From: Macrostomum hystrix
Lineage: Eukaryota > Animalia > Platyhelminthes
Direction: 5' to 3'
Assembly: GCA_950097015.1 (NCBI GenBank)
Contig: CATNEN010000041.1
Coordinates: 1,798,001 to 1,862,000 of the forward strand
DNA: 64,000 nt
The position numbers and the translations under genes are program-made. Positions 1 through 16,600 of this stretch are shown here, in pieces (within the stretch, counting starts at the first letter, position 1; every line of letters starts with the position of its first letter). The notes beneath the pieces were generated by a model. That model was not told the DNA's origin. It worked only from the letters and a program-made list of their open reading frames with translations, and did no database searches.

Positions 1-1210
1 GGCCGCGCATGTTCCAGTCGGTTGTGAGCCGTGATTTGCCAAGCCGGAGCCGGTCGTTGCAGTCGCTGCTGAAGCTGCTGTTTGAGTTCGAAAGGAATCC
101 ATTCTTGTAGAGGCTGTTGAAGAAGAACTTGTCAAAGCTGCTACCGTTGAAGGTTGTGGCTGTGAAGACGGGTTCCGTACTCGTCACCGGCAGCGTCTCG
201 ATCTTGCTGCTGCGAGCTCTCCAGCTGTTCAGCGAGAACCGGGCCTCGGCGAACACGGTGGTGAAATTCTGGTCGCTGCTGCCCCGAAACTCGTGCCAGT
301 CGCCTCCCGACACCGAACCCGTGCTTGAGGTGAACTCCTGGATGTAGACCATCGTCTGGCCCGGCTGCCAGTAGCGCAGGTACTTGGCAAAGTAGGTGAA
401 CTGCGATCCGTAGGTCAGGTACTGGGTCAGGTTGCCGGCCTCTGTGTCGATCTGGATGGTTGCACAAGGATTTCCCTGCTAGGGTCTTCACAGGCACACA
501 CTCGTGCAGCCAATGCAAATTTTTCTCATTGGCTGATTGAGCAATCGGGTTTGAAATCCCTCACTTGTAAGTTCCCAGACTACCAAGATTTGTCATCAGC
601 TGAATTATGCTCTGACAGTTTTACGCATGCCTCAAATTAGAATCCAAAATACAGCTAAAAGACAAAAAATCAATGTTCTGAACTGAACCTCGATATAGGA
701 GTTGTCGTCCCCGTTCAGCCAGACGCCGCGGTCGGTGAGCTTAGCCTTGGAGCCGAGGCTGGCAGCGAAGGACCGGTTGCCGGCCAGGTTGGGGAGGCCG
801 AGCAGGAAGTTGTGGAACACCAGCAGAGAGGCCAGTGTTCCTGGCGAGAGGGCGAGGCCGGCCAGGCCCGCCAGCCTGTCGGCGCTCACGACCGAGAGGC
901 AGGCGTCGGAGCTTCGCCAACCCGCGGCGAAGCCGGCCGGGTCAGCCAAGCGGCAGGCGGCCTCGGTCGGCGAATGGGCGGCAGCGGCGCAGGTGGGCCG
1001 GGCGGCGCACTCTACGGCGCAGGCGCGCTCAAGCTGCACGCCGGTGAGGTTGGCCGGAGCGCCGGTCGGCGGGCAGACGCGGACGCCGCGGAAGGCGGCG
1101 CTGGCGTTGGCCATGGCGGCGGCAGCAGTCTGCGATCGGAGCAGGAGGAGCGGCAGTTGAAGGAGGAACAGCTTGAGCAGCTGGCGGACTGGCTGAGCTG
1201 AGCTGGCCAT
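1..1210 (-). CDS. Secreted PAN/Apple-domain + LamG/concanavalin-like protein (5' part; continues beyond window start)
   Basis: Exon 1 is 1210..689 (ATG GCC AGC; hydrophobic signal LLKLFLLQLPLLLL; Cys pattern CAVECAARPTCAAAAHSPTEAACRL typical of PAN), ending SYIE|GT in phase 0. Exon 2 starts at 475 after CTAGCAG (GNPCATIQIDTEAGNLTQYLTYG...) and is open to base 1. Domain assignments are from motif recollection. Confidence 0.7.
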
Positions 1211-2069
1211 GGTGCTCAGAATTTCAACCTGAAGGGGTTTGTGGTCTCTCTCTCCTCGCTTCCCAGCTTTTGTAGCCAGGAATCGCGCGCCCTGAATTGC
1301 CAAATGCCGGGCAGCTACCATTGGATGAGGTAAATCTGGTCTGAACCCTCTGGCTTTCATGCAATTCCTGTGCTCTATTACTCGTATTTCAGTCGTCAAG
1401 CGGTTGCCGGGCCGACAATTCCCATTGGTCACTGACGCAGCCAGCAGCTTCTTCTTAGGGGACATGAGAAAACGGCGCTGCCTGTCAACTGCCAGACAAT
1501 GGCCATTTGGTTTGCCGCATATTTGATTGATACTCGTAGATCGAAACCCAGAACTACTTTGGCTATTTGTACTAGTAATATTAATAATCATTGCAGGATG
1601 GCTGCGGTCAATAGCACATCATTGGGTGACACTGGACCCGCAGCCAGCGAGGCGGTAGTTCTGCCCATTTCCTGACTCCTGAGCACACGCACAGGTGTGT
1701 ACATCTGCCCTGACTTTTTCATTGTCAGGCAATCTCACTGTGCCTTGGAGGTTGGCCCTCAAGGGCGAAAAATGCACAAGCCCCAGACCATGGCTCACTG
1801 TCACAAGTCAGAATGATTGCAAGGAGACCCAAAGTCTATCTACGTATCACCTTCTCACATCCATCCTACATACTAAGCCCATGGATTTCCTGTCACACTT
1901 GTTTCACCTCAAGTCAACGCAGTCAAACGTCAACCAAACCGCTTTGTAGTGATTCAGCTGATGAAGAACGACAAGGTATTCGCGTTTTTCCTTCATGATT
2001 TCCACTTTTTCGTAGCTCTTGCAACTTTTAATCGTCTAATACCTCGTATCAGACATCGCATCATCCCAC

Positions 2070-2477
2070 ACTTCCTAGGCTCAACATACACCGTAACAAT
2101 GGTACTTCCTAGGCTCAACATACACCGTAACAATGGTACTTCCTAGGCTCAACATACACCGTAACAATGGTACTTCCTAGGCTCAACATACACCGTAACA
2201 ATGGTGCTTCCTAGGCTCAACATACACCGTAACAATGGTACTTCCTAGGCTCAACATACACCGTAACAATGGTACTTCCTAGGCTCAACATACACCATAA
2301 CAATGGTACTTCCTAGGCTCAACATACACCGTAACAATGGTACTTCCTAGGCTCAACATACACCATAACAATGGTACTTCCTAGGCTCAACATACACCAT
2401 AACAATGGTACTTCCTAGGCTCAACATACACCGTAACAATGGTGCTTCCTAGGCTCAACATACACCATAACAATGGT
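2070..2477. repeat. 34-bp minisatellite (AACAATGGTACTTCCTAGGCTCAACATACACCGT), ~12 units
   Basis: 34-nt period read directly from the sequence. Confidence 0.95.
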
Positions 2478-2973
2478 GATAGTACTTGTTCAGCAAAGGC
2501 CCTGGCGCAGGCTACAGAACCCCAAAAGCAGAGAGAAAAGAACAGTGTTTTACGGGACCAACGTAAATCATAAAAAATCCAACGGGGTGGGGCAGGTTTT
2601 GCGAGGCTTGCATTAAGTACATTCGCCTTGTCAATAAAATCTTCAATTGGTATCCATAAGCAGCATAAGTTGCTCTTCAGAATGCGCACTAACCATTATA
2701 TCCTGTAGCAGTGTAGCCATTTTTTACAGCAGCAGAAGGTAGGATTTAAGTGTTTGCTTTGGCTTGAGCTCAGTGTTGTGTTGGCGATGCTTGCATGGTG
2801 GCTTGAGGTTGCTGACTGAGGTGGAGATGAGATAGTTTTAGATGGAGTGTCAAAATTTAGCAACGATTTTGACTGAAATCTGGTCTGGTGTTTACTCAAC
2901 CTAAAACGGAGCTCCCTTCAAGCAATGCATTGCAGCCTATATTTCAAGCCACCGAGCTTGTAGTCCTCTCTCC

Positions 2974-3131
2974 GTAGCTGGTGACTGTCCACAATGACTG
3001 TAGCTGGTGACTGTCCACAATGACTGTAGCTGGTGACTGTCCACAATGACTGTAGCTGGTGACTGTCCCAAATGACTGTAGCTGGTGACAGTCACCAAAT
3101 GACTGTAGCTGGTGACTGCCCCAAATGACTG
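2974..3131. repeat. 26-bp minisatellite (GACTGTAGCTGGTGACTGTCCACAAT), short copy, ~6 units
   Basis: Direct reading; the unit is a dimer of two 13-mers. Confidence 0.9.
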
Positions 3132-3770
3132 GATCAGGCAATGATGCCAATCATGAGCTTTTGCAAGAAACTTGTTTAGGATTTAAGACACAACAGCAAA
3201 TAAATAAACAAAGACGACCTAGACAGCCAATAGGCTCATAGATTAATTAAGTCTTGGTCATATGCTGAGAGGAGGCTTGGGGGAGACAGATAATGTACCT
3301 TCTGGGACGTAAAATTAAACTTTTTAATTTGGATCGAAAATTGAGTTTTACATTCTTGTGCAGCCAGCCAGCATGCCACGCGCAGGCTGAGTTGCTACGG
3401 TACGCACAGAACAGAATAAAACAAAAGCCGTGCTTGCCTTCTGCTTTGCGAGTTTGAGGTGAAATGAGCAGCCAAATCGCTGATTAAATAACAGAAACAG
3501 ACAGGGCGGCCTATCTATCGATTGATCAGAGAAGAAACTTGGCAGTACAGTACGGTGCAGTTCATTACCATACGGGCTTGATTAAGCATTCGCTGTAATT
3601 ACTGATTGCTGCTAAACTCGGCCAGGGACCACTGGCTCTGGAAACTCAGGAAACAATAAAAAAGTGGAATCACAGCAGCACACTACTTGTGTAAGTAGCA
3701 GCGGCGGTCGGAAACAATAAATAAACCAGCTGATTGAGCGGCTACTGCTTTGGTTACAATTCAGCTACTG

Positions 3771-4020
3771 CTGTAGCTTCAAGTCTCACATTCAGGAATG
3801 AGGATCATGAGCACTGTAGCTTCAAGTCTCACATTCAGGAATGAGGATCATGAGCACTGTAGCTTCAAGTCTCACATTCAGGAATGAGGATCATGAGCAC
3901 TGTAGCTTCAAGTCTCACATTCAGGAATGAGGATCATGAGCACTGTAGCTTCAAGTCTCACATTCAGGAATGAGGATCATGAGCACTGTAGCTTCAAGTC
4001 TCACATTCAGGAATGAGGAT
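3771..4020. repeat. 43-bp minisatellite (CTGTAGCTTCAAGTCTCACATTCAGGAATGAGGATCATGAGCA), ~6 units
   Basis: Direct reading; truncated at the duplication junction. Confidence 0.9.
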
Positions 4021-4376
4021 ACACCGTAACAATGGTACTTCCTAGGCTCAACATACACCGTAACAATGGTACTTCCTAGGCTCAACATACACCGTAACAA
4101 TGGTGCTTCCTAGGCTCAACATACACCGTAACAATGGTACTTCCTAGGCTCAACATACACCGTAACAATGGTACTTCCTAGGCTCAACATACACCATAAC
4201 AATGGTACTTCCTAGGCTCAACATACACCGTAACAATGGTACTTCCTAGGCTCAACATACACCATAACAATGGTACTTCCTAGGCTCAACATACACCATA
4301 ACAATGGTACTTCCTAGGCTCAACATACACCGTAACAATGGTGCTTCCTAGGCTCAACATACACCATAACAATGGT
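4021..4376. repeat. 34-bp minisatellite, second copy, ~10.5 units
   Basis: Same unit and same variant order as 2122-2477. Confidence 0.95.
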
Positions 4377-4872
4377 GATAGTACTTGTTCAGCAAAGGCC
4401 CTGGCGCAGGCTACAGAACCCCAAAAGCAGAGAGAAAAGAACAGTGTTTTACGGGACCAACGTAAATCATAAAAAATCCAACGGGGTGGGGCAGGTTTTG
4501 CGAGGCTTGCATTAAGTACATTCGCCTTGTCAATAAAATCTTCAATTGGTATCCATAAGCAGCATAAGTTGCTCTTCAGAATGCGCACTAACCATTATAT
4601 CCTGTAGCAGTGTAGCCATTTTTTACAGCAGCAGAAGGTAGGATTTAAGTGTTTGCTTTGGCTTGAGCTCAGTGTTGTGTTGGCGATGCTTGCATGGTGG
4701 CTTGAGGTTGCTGACTGAGGTGGAGATGAGATAGTTTTAGATGGAGTGTCAAAATTTAGCAACGATTTTGACTGAAATCTGGTCTGGTGTTTACTCAACC
4801 TAAAACGGAGCTCCCTTCAAGCAATGCATTGCAGCCTATATTTCAAGCCACCGAGCTTGTAGTCCTCTCTCC

Positions 4873-7161
4873 GTAGCTGGTGACTGTCCACAATGACTGT
4901 AGCTGGTGACTGTCCACAATGACTGTAGCTGGTGACTGTCCACAATGACTGTAGCTGGTGACTGTCCCAAATGACTGTAGCTGGTGACTGTCCCAAATGA
5001 CTGTAGCTGATGACTGTCCCAAATGACTGTAGCTGGTGACTGCCCCAAATGACTGTAGCTGATGACTGTCCCAAATGACTGTAGCTGGTGACTGCCCCAA
5101 ATGACTGTAGCTGGTGACTGTCCACAATGACTGTAGCTGGTGACTGCCCCAAATGACTGTAGCTGGTGACTGTCCACAATGACTGTAGCTGGTGACTGCC
5201 CCAAATGACTGTAGCTGGTGACTGTCCACAATGACTGTAGCTGGTGACTGTCCACAATGACTGTAGCTGGTGACTGTCCACAATGACTGTAGCTGGTGAC
5301 TGCCCCAAATGACTGTAGCTGATGACTGTCCCAAATGACTGTAGCTGATGACTGTCCCAAATGACTGTAGCTGGTGACTGTCCCAAATGACTGTAGCTGG
5401 TGACTGTCCCAAATGACTGTAGCTGGTGACTGTCCCAAATGACTGTAGCTGATGACTGTCCCAAATGACTGTAGCTGGTGACTGCCCCAAATGACTGTAG
5501 CTGATGACTGTCCCAAATGACTGTAGCTGGTGACTGTCCCAAATGACTGTAGCTGATGACTGCCCCAAATGACTGTAGCTGGTGACTGTCCACAATGACT
5601 GTAGCTGGTGACTGCCCCAAATGACTGTAGCTGGTGACTGTCCACAATGACTGTAGCTGGTGACTGCCCCAAATGACTGTAGCTGGTGACTGTCCCAAAT
5701 GACTGTAGCTGGTGACTGTCCACAATGACTGTAGCTGGTGACTGTCCACAATGACTGTAGCTGGTGACTGTCCACAATGACTGTAGCTGGTGACTGTCCA
5801 CAATGACTGTAGCTGGTGACTGTCCACAATGACTGTAGCTGGTGACTGTCCACAATGACTGTAGCTGGTGACTGCCCCAAATGACTGTAGCTGATGACTG
5901 TCCCAAATGACTGTAGCTGATGACTGTCCCAAATGACTGTAGCTGGTGACTGTCCCAAATGACTGTAGCTGGTGACTGTCCCAAATGACTGTAGCTGGTG
6001 ACTGTCCCAAATGACTGTAGCTGATGACTGTCCCAAATGACTGTAGCTGGTGACTGCCCCAAATGACTGTAGCTGATGACTGTCCCAAATGACTGTAGCT
6101 GGTGACTGTCCCAAATGACTGTAGCTGGTGACTGTCCCAAATGACTGTAGCTGGTGACTGTCCACAATGACTGTAGCTGGTGACTGCCCCAAATGACTGT
6201 AGCTGGTGACTGTTCACAATGACTGTAGCTGGTGACTGTCCACAATGACTGTAGCTGGTGACTGTCCACAATGACTGTAGCTGGTGACTGTCCACAATGA
6301 ATGTAGCTGGTGACTGTCCCAAATGACTGTAGCTGGTGACTGTCCACAATGACTGTAGCTGGTGACTGTCCACAATGACTGTAGCTGGTGACTGTCCACA
6401 ATGACTGTAGCTGGTGACTGTCCACAATGACTGAAGCTGATGACTGTCCCAAATGACTGTAGCTGGTGACTGCCCCAAATGACTGCAGCTGGTGACTGCC
6501 CCAAATGACTGTAGCTGATGACTGTCCCAAATGACTGTAGCTGATGACTGTCCCAAATGACTGTAGCTGGTGACTGTCCCAAATGACTGTAGCTGGTGAC
6601 TGTCCCAAATGACTGTAGCTGGTGACTGTCCCAAATGACTGTAGCTGATGACTGTCCCAAATGACTGTAGCTGGTGACTGCCCCAAATGACTGTAGCTGA
6701 TGACTGTCCCAAATGACTGTAGCTGATGACTGTCCCAAATGACTGTAGCTGGTGACTGTCCCAAATGACTGTAGCTGGTGACTGTCCCAAATGACTGTAG
6801 CTGGTGACTGCCCCAAATGACTGTAGCTGGTGACTGCCCCAAATGACTGTAGCTGGTGACTGTCCCAAATGACTGTAGCTGATGACTGTCCCAAATGACT
6901 GTAGCTGGTGACTGTCCCAAATGACTGTAGCTGGTGACTGTCCCAAATGACTGTAGCTGGTGACTGTCCCAAATGACTGTAGCTGGTGACTGCCCCAAAT
7001 GACTGTAGCTGATGACTGTCCCAAATGACTGTAGCTGATGACTGTCCCAAATGACTGTAGCTGGTGACTGTCCCAAATGACTGTAGCTGGTGACTGTCCC
7101 AAATGACTGTAGCTGGTGACTGTCCCAAATGACTGTAGCTGGTGACTGCCCCAAATGACTG
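4873..7161. repeat. 26-bp minisatellite, long copy, ~88 units
   Basis: Direct reading; it generates the spurious 300-790 aa ORFs in the track. Confidence 0.95.
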
Positions 7162-7800
7162 GATCAGGCAATGATGCCAATCATGAGCTTTTGCAAGAAA
7201 CTTGTTTAGGATTTAAGACACAACAGCAAATAAATAAACAAAGACGACCTAGACAGCCAATAGGCTCATAGATTAATTAAGTCTTGGTCATATGCTGAGA
7301 GGAGGCTTGGGGGAGACAGATAATGTACCTTCTGGGACGTAAAATTAAACTTTTTAATTTGGATCGAAAATTGAGTTTTACATTCTTGTGCAGCCAGCCA
7401 GCATGCCACGCGCAGGCTGAGTTGCTACGGTACGCACAGAACAGAATAAAACAAAAGCCGTGCTTGCCTTCTGCTTTGCGAGTTTGAGGTGAAATGAGCA
7501 GCCAAATCGCTGATTAAATAACAGAAACAGACAGGGCGGCCTATCTATCGATTGATCAGAGAAGAAACTTGGCAGTACAGTACGGTGCAGTTCATTACCA
7601 TACGGGCTTGATTAAGCATTCGCTGTAATTACTGATTGCTGCTAAACTCGGCCAGGGACCACTGGCTCTGGAAACTCAGGAAACAATAAAAAAGTGGAAT
7701 CACAGCAGCACACTACTTGTGTAAGTAGCAGCGGCGGTCGGAAACAATAAATAAACCAGCTGATTGAGCGGCTACTGCTTTGGTTACAATTCAGCTACTG

Positions 7801-8480
7801 CTGTAGCTTCAAGTCTCACATTCAGGAATGAGGATCATGAGCACTGTAGCTTCAAGTCTCACATTCAGGAATGAGGATCATGAGCACTGTAGCTTCAAGT
7901 CTCACATTCAGGAATGAGGATCATGAGCACTGTAGCTTCAAGTCTCACATTCAGGAATGAGGATCATGAGCACTGTAGCTTCAAGTCTCACATTCAGGAA
8001 TGAGGATCATGAGCACTGTAGCTTCAAGTCTCACATTCAGGAATGAGGATCATGAGCACTGTAGCTTCAAGTCTCACATTCAGGAATGAGGATCATGAGC
8101 ACTGTAGCTTCAGGTCTCACATTCAGGAATGAGGATCATGAGCACTGTAGCTTCAAGTCTCACATCCAGGAATGAGGATCATGAGCACTGTAGCTTCAGG
8201 TCTCACATTCAGGAATGAGGATCATGAGCACTGTAGCTTCAGGTCTCACATTCAGGAATGAGGATCATGAGCACTGTAGCTTCAGGTCTCACATTCAGGA
8301 ATGAGGATCATGAGCACTGTAGCTTCAAGTCTCACATCCAGGAATGAGGATCATGAGCACTGTAGCTTCAAGTCTCACATTCAGGAATGAGGATCATGAG
8401 CACTGTAGCTTCAGGTCTCACATTCAGGAATGAGGATCATGAACTCTGTGGCTTCAGGTCTCCAATTTAGGAACGAGGAT
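7801..8480. repeat. 43-bp minisatellite, second copy, ~16 units, degenerating at its 3' end
   Basis: Direct reading. Confidence 0.95.
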
Positions 8481-8751
8481 CCCGCCTCATTGCTCGAACC
8501 CCGGATCTAAAAATCCCTGGCACTAAGATGGTCACTTCTGGAATTAGTAAGAGTCGAGGGACACTGCCATAGATAAATAAACATCAAAATAGCCAATGAA
8601 GCCAATGAGCCGCCAACAGTCGAAACGCGAGATGCTAAGTTTCAGGGAAGGAGGCGGGCACTGCTGCGGCTTGTAGTCAGATTATAACACGGGTGATTAG
8701 CAATGTAAATAAATATATACTATTATTAATAAGTCATATACAATTTAAATG

Positions 8752-8757
8752 TTTATT
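8752..8757 (-). promoter_or_regulatory. Probable polyadenylation signal (AATAAA) of the PP1 gene
   Basis: TTTATT on the + strand about 230 nt downstream of the PP1 stop codon. Confidence 0.45.
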
Positions 8758-8982
8758 TGAACGCATGGAGCGGGCCAGGTGGGGCGGTGATGACGCGGAG
8801 AGGCTGGGATGCGGGAAACTGGCGGCGGGCAGCGCAGCAGAAAAGAACACAGAGACAAACAGAGGCGGAGAGAAGTTAAAAATAGAAGTGGGTGGCGGCG
8901 TAACGCGGGGCCGCCTCGGTCAATTTTCCCAAACCAGAGCGGCAGGCGGGGGCTCAACTGAATTCGCAGGTACAGGCCGGGC

Positions 8983-13134
<4,152 letters not shown>

Positions 13135-13600
13135 AGAAACGATTTCAGTGAGCCAAAAAAGTTATGAACGTCCTGCCTGCCACAATGGTTTGGGTGTTTT
13201 GTGACGTAAAGGGAAGAAAAATTCAAGCAAAAACACTAGTCAAATTTTCTCGAGCTACGCAGCAGTATAATAAAGCGTTTAAATAGTTACTTTTATTTTT
13301 AGTAAATACAATTTTTTTAAGTAATATATTTTTATATGTGCGTTATTGCTTGAAGATTTATATTTAAAATTGGGTATTATTTTCATATTTTAATATTTAT
13401 TATGAAAATTATTTTCCAAGACATGCTTACCAAACTCTTATGCGTTCATGCACGAGCTTTTTAGAGCTTTAATCAATGAACATAAGTGCCTATTTTTGTA
13501 GTGTCCTTTTGTTAGAAAAATTCGGTTGTCTTTCATATTTATTTGATGGACTTGAAATATTATCTTGTCTTCTGACACACACTGAACTGAAGCCGAAGGA
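13135..13600. promoter_or_regulatory. AT-rich divergent (bidirectional) promoter region between PP1 and P2X
   Basis: Start codons at 13134 (-) and 13601 (+) are only 466 bp apart. Confidence 0.65.
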
Positions 13601-16600
13601 ATGTCTTCCAGTCAATCTAACCTTAAGAAGAGCTCTATGAAAAGGAAGCTAAAGTCTGGTGTCCAGCAAGGAATAGGACTATTCTTTGAATATGAGACGT
13701 ACAAGATTGTTCAAATTAATAGTAAAAAAGTTGGTTTAATTAATAGATTAATTCAGATAGTAATTCTGTCCTATATTATTGGGTGAGTTCATGTGCATAT
13801 GTATTACACTTAACATAAACGTAACAAGAAACGCGATAATTTCGTCCAATAATTATGATTGCAGCTTCTTACTGTCGTTTTAGCTGTATCAACATTTTTA
13901 AATATGTTGTAAACTTGAATTTTGAGTCTTCTGTCATTTATATTTGTGCAAGCTGTCTGTTTTTAGTTAGTATTGTTTTCACTGCTTTTAGTTTTTTGTT
14001 GATTGTAATTTTTGACTATAAAGGGCTACCTGAAACCCTATATTTCTTTTAAATAGGTGGGTAATAGTGTACAAGAAAGGATACCAAGAGTTTGACAATT
14101 TGGTCAGTGGAGTCACAACCAAAGTCAAAGGTGTCCAGTTCACTAACTTCACTGGCACTAGCATTGGAGATCGCATCTGGGATGTTGCAGACTTTGTGGT
14201 CCCACCTCAGGTAAGTTGCCAGTTTTTATTTGAGTTAATTGACTATTAAACTAGCTATTTATTATTTAGAATGCTTTCAGGCCTTTGAAGCCATTATCAG
14301 GCTTTTAATTTGATCTAAATTACCACTAAAGTATTCATTACATAAAACGGAAGATGTATCAATCACTGCCATGCTGCAGGAGAACAATGCCTTTTTTATC
14401 ATGACTAATGCTGTGGTGACGGCTGACCAGCACCAAGGCCGCTGTGACGAGGACCCAGCCGTGGCACCCTGTACAGCTGACTTGGATTGCCCAGCTGGCC
14501 AGCCACAGATGCTTGGCAGTGGAGTCAACACTGGCCGGTGCATCAACTCAACACAGAGTCCTGGCGCCCGCTCTTGCGAGGTGCTGGCCTGGTGCCCTGT
14601 GGAGGTGGACCGCCTGCCATCGGGCCCTGGCGCCAGCATGCTGGCAAATGCTGAGAACTTCACTGTGCTGATCAAGAATAGTATCGAGTTTCCTAAGTTC
14701 AAAGTCAAGAGGTAAGCATAAGCACTGACCAAGCGTCCATTAGAATGCTATTGACAACTTTGGATTCTTCAAGTATTGCAGTTCCTCTGATCCCAATCTC
14801 ATGAGGAGGATGGGACTTTGAAATGCACTTGTTGGTTCACTCTCGCCTTTAACCTGTTTTCATTTCCACAGCTTTTAACTTCCTTCTTACTTTCTAATTT
14901 GTTAGAAAACTTTATTGATAGTTTGTGTCCAATTTTAATTTACCGCTTAGAATATATCCTAACTCAATGCGGTCAATTGGGTTTTTGCCTAGTGGTTTTA
15001 GCGTCGCACTCACAACTTGAGAACGGGGGTTCGATTCCAGACTCTTTTAGAACAATTTGTGTTCTAAGAAACACTAGTTTACTGCATTGCTTCTACTCAC
15101 CCAACTGTTAAATTGGTACCAGCATTAGCGTGGGTAATTAAGTATGGGTATGACATCCCCCCAGTCCATTGACTGAACAGTCGTAAACAGTCTTCAGATG
15201 CGCCGCACATTAGCTGCGACTGTGCTGTCGGCTGCACATATGGCCTAATTGAGGCAGTTAAACGCAGATCCCCTGATCTCAGATCCCCTGATCTCAGATC
15301 CCCTGATCTCAGATCCCCTGATCTCAGATCCCCTGATCTCAGATCCCCTGATCTCAGATCCCCTGATCTCAGATCCCCTGATCTCAGATCCCCTGATCTC
15401 AGATCCCCTGATCTCAGATCCCCTGATCTCAGATCCCCTGATCTCAGATCCCCTGATCTCCGATCCCCTGATTTCAGATCCCCTGATCTCAGATCCCCTG
15501 ATCTCCGATCCCCTGATTTCAGATCCCCTGATCTCCGATCCCCTGATTGGTCCATAGGTAGAGCTCTAAGCCGTTTTTACCGACTGTTAGGCGCAACATC
15601 GCAGGCGGAGTGCCGGAAAAGTACCTGCTGTTCTGTCGCTGGCGGCCCGACCACCCGCTTCTGAGATACTGCCCGATATTCACCGTGCGGGACATGCTGC
15701 GGCAGGCCAACATTTCCAGCGGCATTCTGGTCAAAGTAGATGCCACAGCCTTACCTTTTTAGACCCCAGCCGACTTTACTCTGCGCCTGATTCCCCTGTG
15801 CGAGGTGTTGATAATTTGCGGTCCCCACTGATTTTGATCTCCTAATTGTGTTTAGTGCCTGATGCAATTATGCTTTGCTGCAGGTTTCGGGGCTTCTTTC
15901 ACACCCTGTATCAATTTTAATAGTGTTTTTTATTTTTATAGTGCTTGTAGTGACTTCTTAAAATACATTTAGTCATTGCAGTAAGAGCCAGTCTTTACGG
16001 CACTGAACGAATCGACAAGCGGCAGGCCGAAGCCCTTTAGGCCGAGAATCAAATACATTAACCAAGATATATGGAGGGGGCAGAAGGGTTTAGACGAGTA
16101 AGGACGGCCCAGATGGTAAGAGTTGAAAATGAAGGGTGAGGAAAGAGAGACGAACAGCTAGCCAATCAGAGATGAGGGAGAGGAAAGAGAAGTGAATGTT
16201 TGGAAAGTACAATAAGAGGGCGCGCGAACTTAAACAAACACAGAGAAGTGGGAACTAATAACAGTGCTTCCTGGAGTGCTGAGTGAAAAGTTCAGATTTC
16301 AGAATCAGAATTGCAGCTACACGCCAAACCCCTGCTATCCCCTTCGCAGGGCGGAGTCGTTGCTATAAACATACACTGGGACTGCAACCTGGACTGGTCC
16401 GAGTCCGGCTGCAACCCGGTCTACACTTTCACCCGGCTGGACGACCCCGCTGCCAGCATCGCCAAGGGCTGGAACTTTCGTTACGCCAATTATTATCGCA
16501 AGAATGACTCGGACTATCGAGTTCTGATCAAAGCCTACGGCATCCGCTTCATCATCTACGTGACAGGGCGGGCTGGCAAGTTCAACATCATCCCGCTGAC

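Larger units (their letters stand above)
2122..8480 (+). repeat. Tandem segmental duplication: 2122-4020 repeated as 4021-~8050 (34-mer array / 470-bp spacer / 26-mer array / 640-bp spacer / 43-mer array)
   Basis: Identical spacer ORFs at offset 1899 (2387 vs 4286) and offset 4030 after the 26-mer array (3131 vs 7161). Junction GAGGAT|ACACC at 4020/4021. Confidence 0.9.

Noticed and set aside
1590-2000. Short ORFs upstream of the PAN gene
   Set aside because: No consistent exon structure or protein motif.
4817-7180. 300-790 aa ORFs in three minus-strand frames
   Set aside because: These are translations of a stop-free 26-bp satellite, with no splice or codon evidence.
14971-15045. tRNA gene candidates (here and at 35506-35565)
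   Set aside because: B-boxes are present but no acceptor stem or full cloverleaf; both continue into SINE-like bodies.
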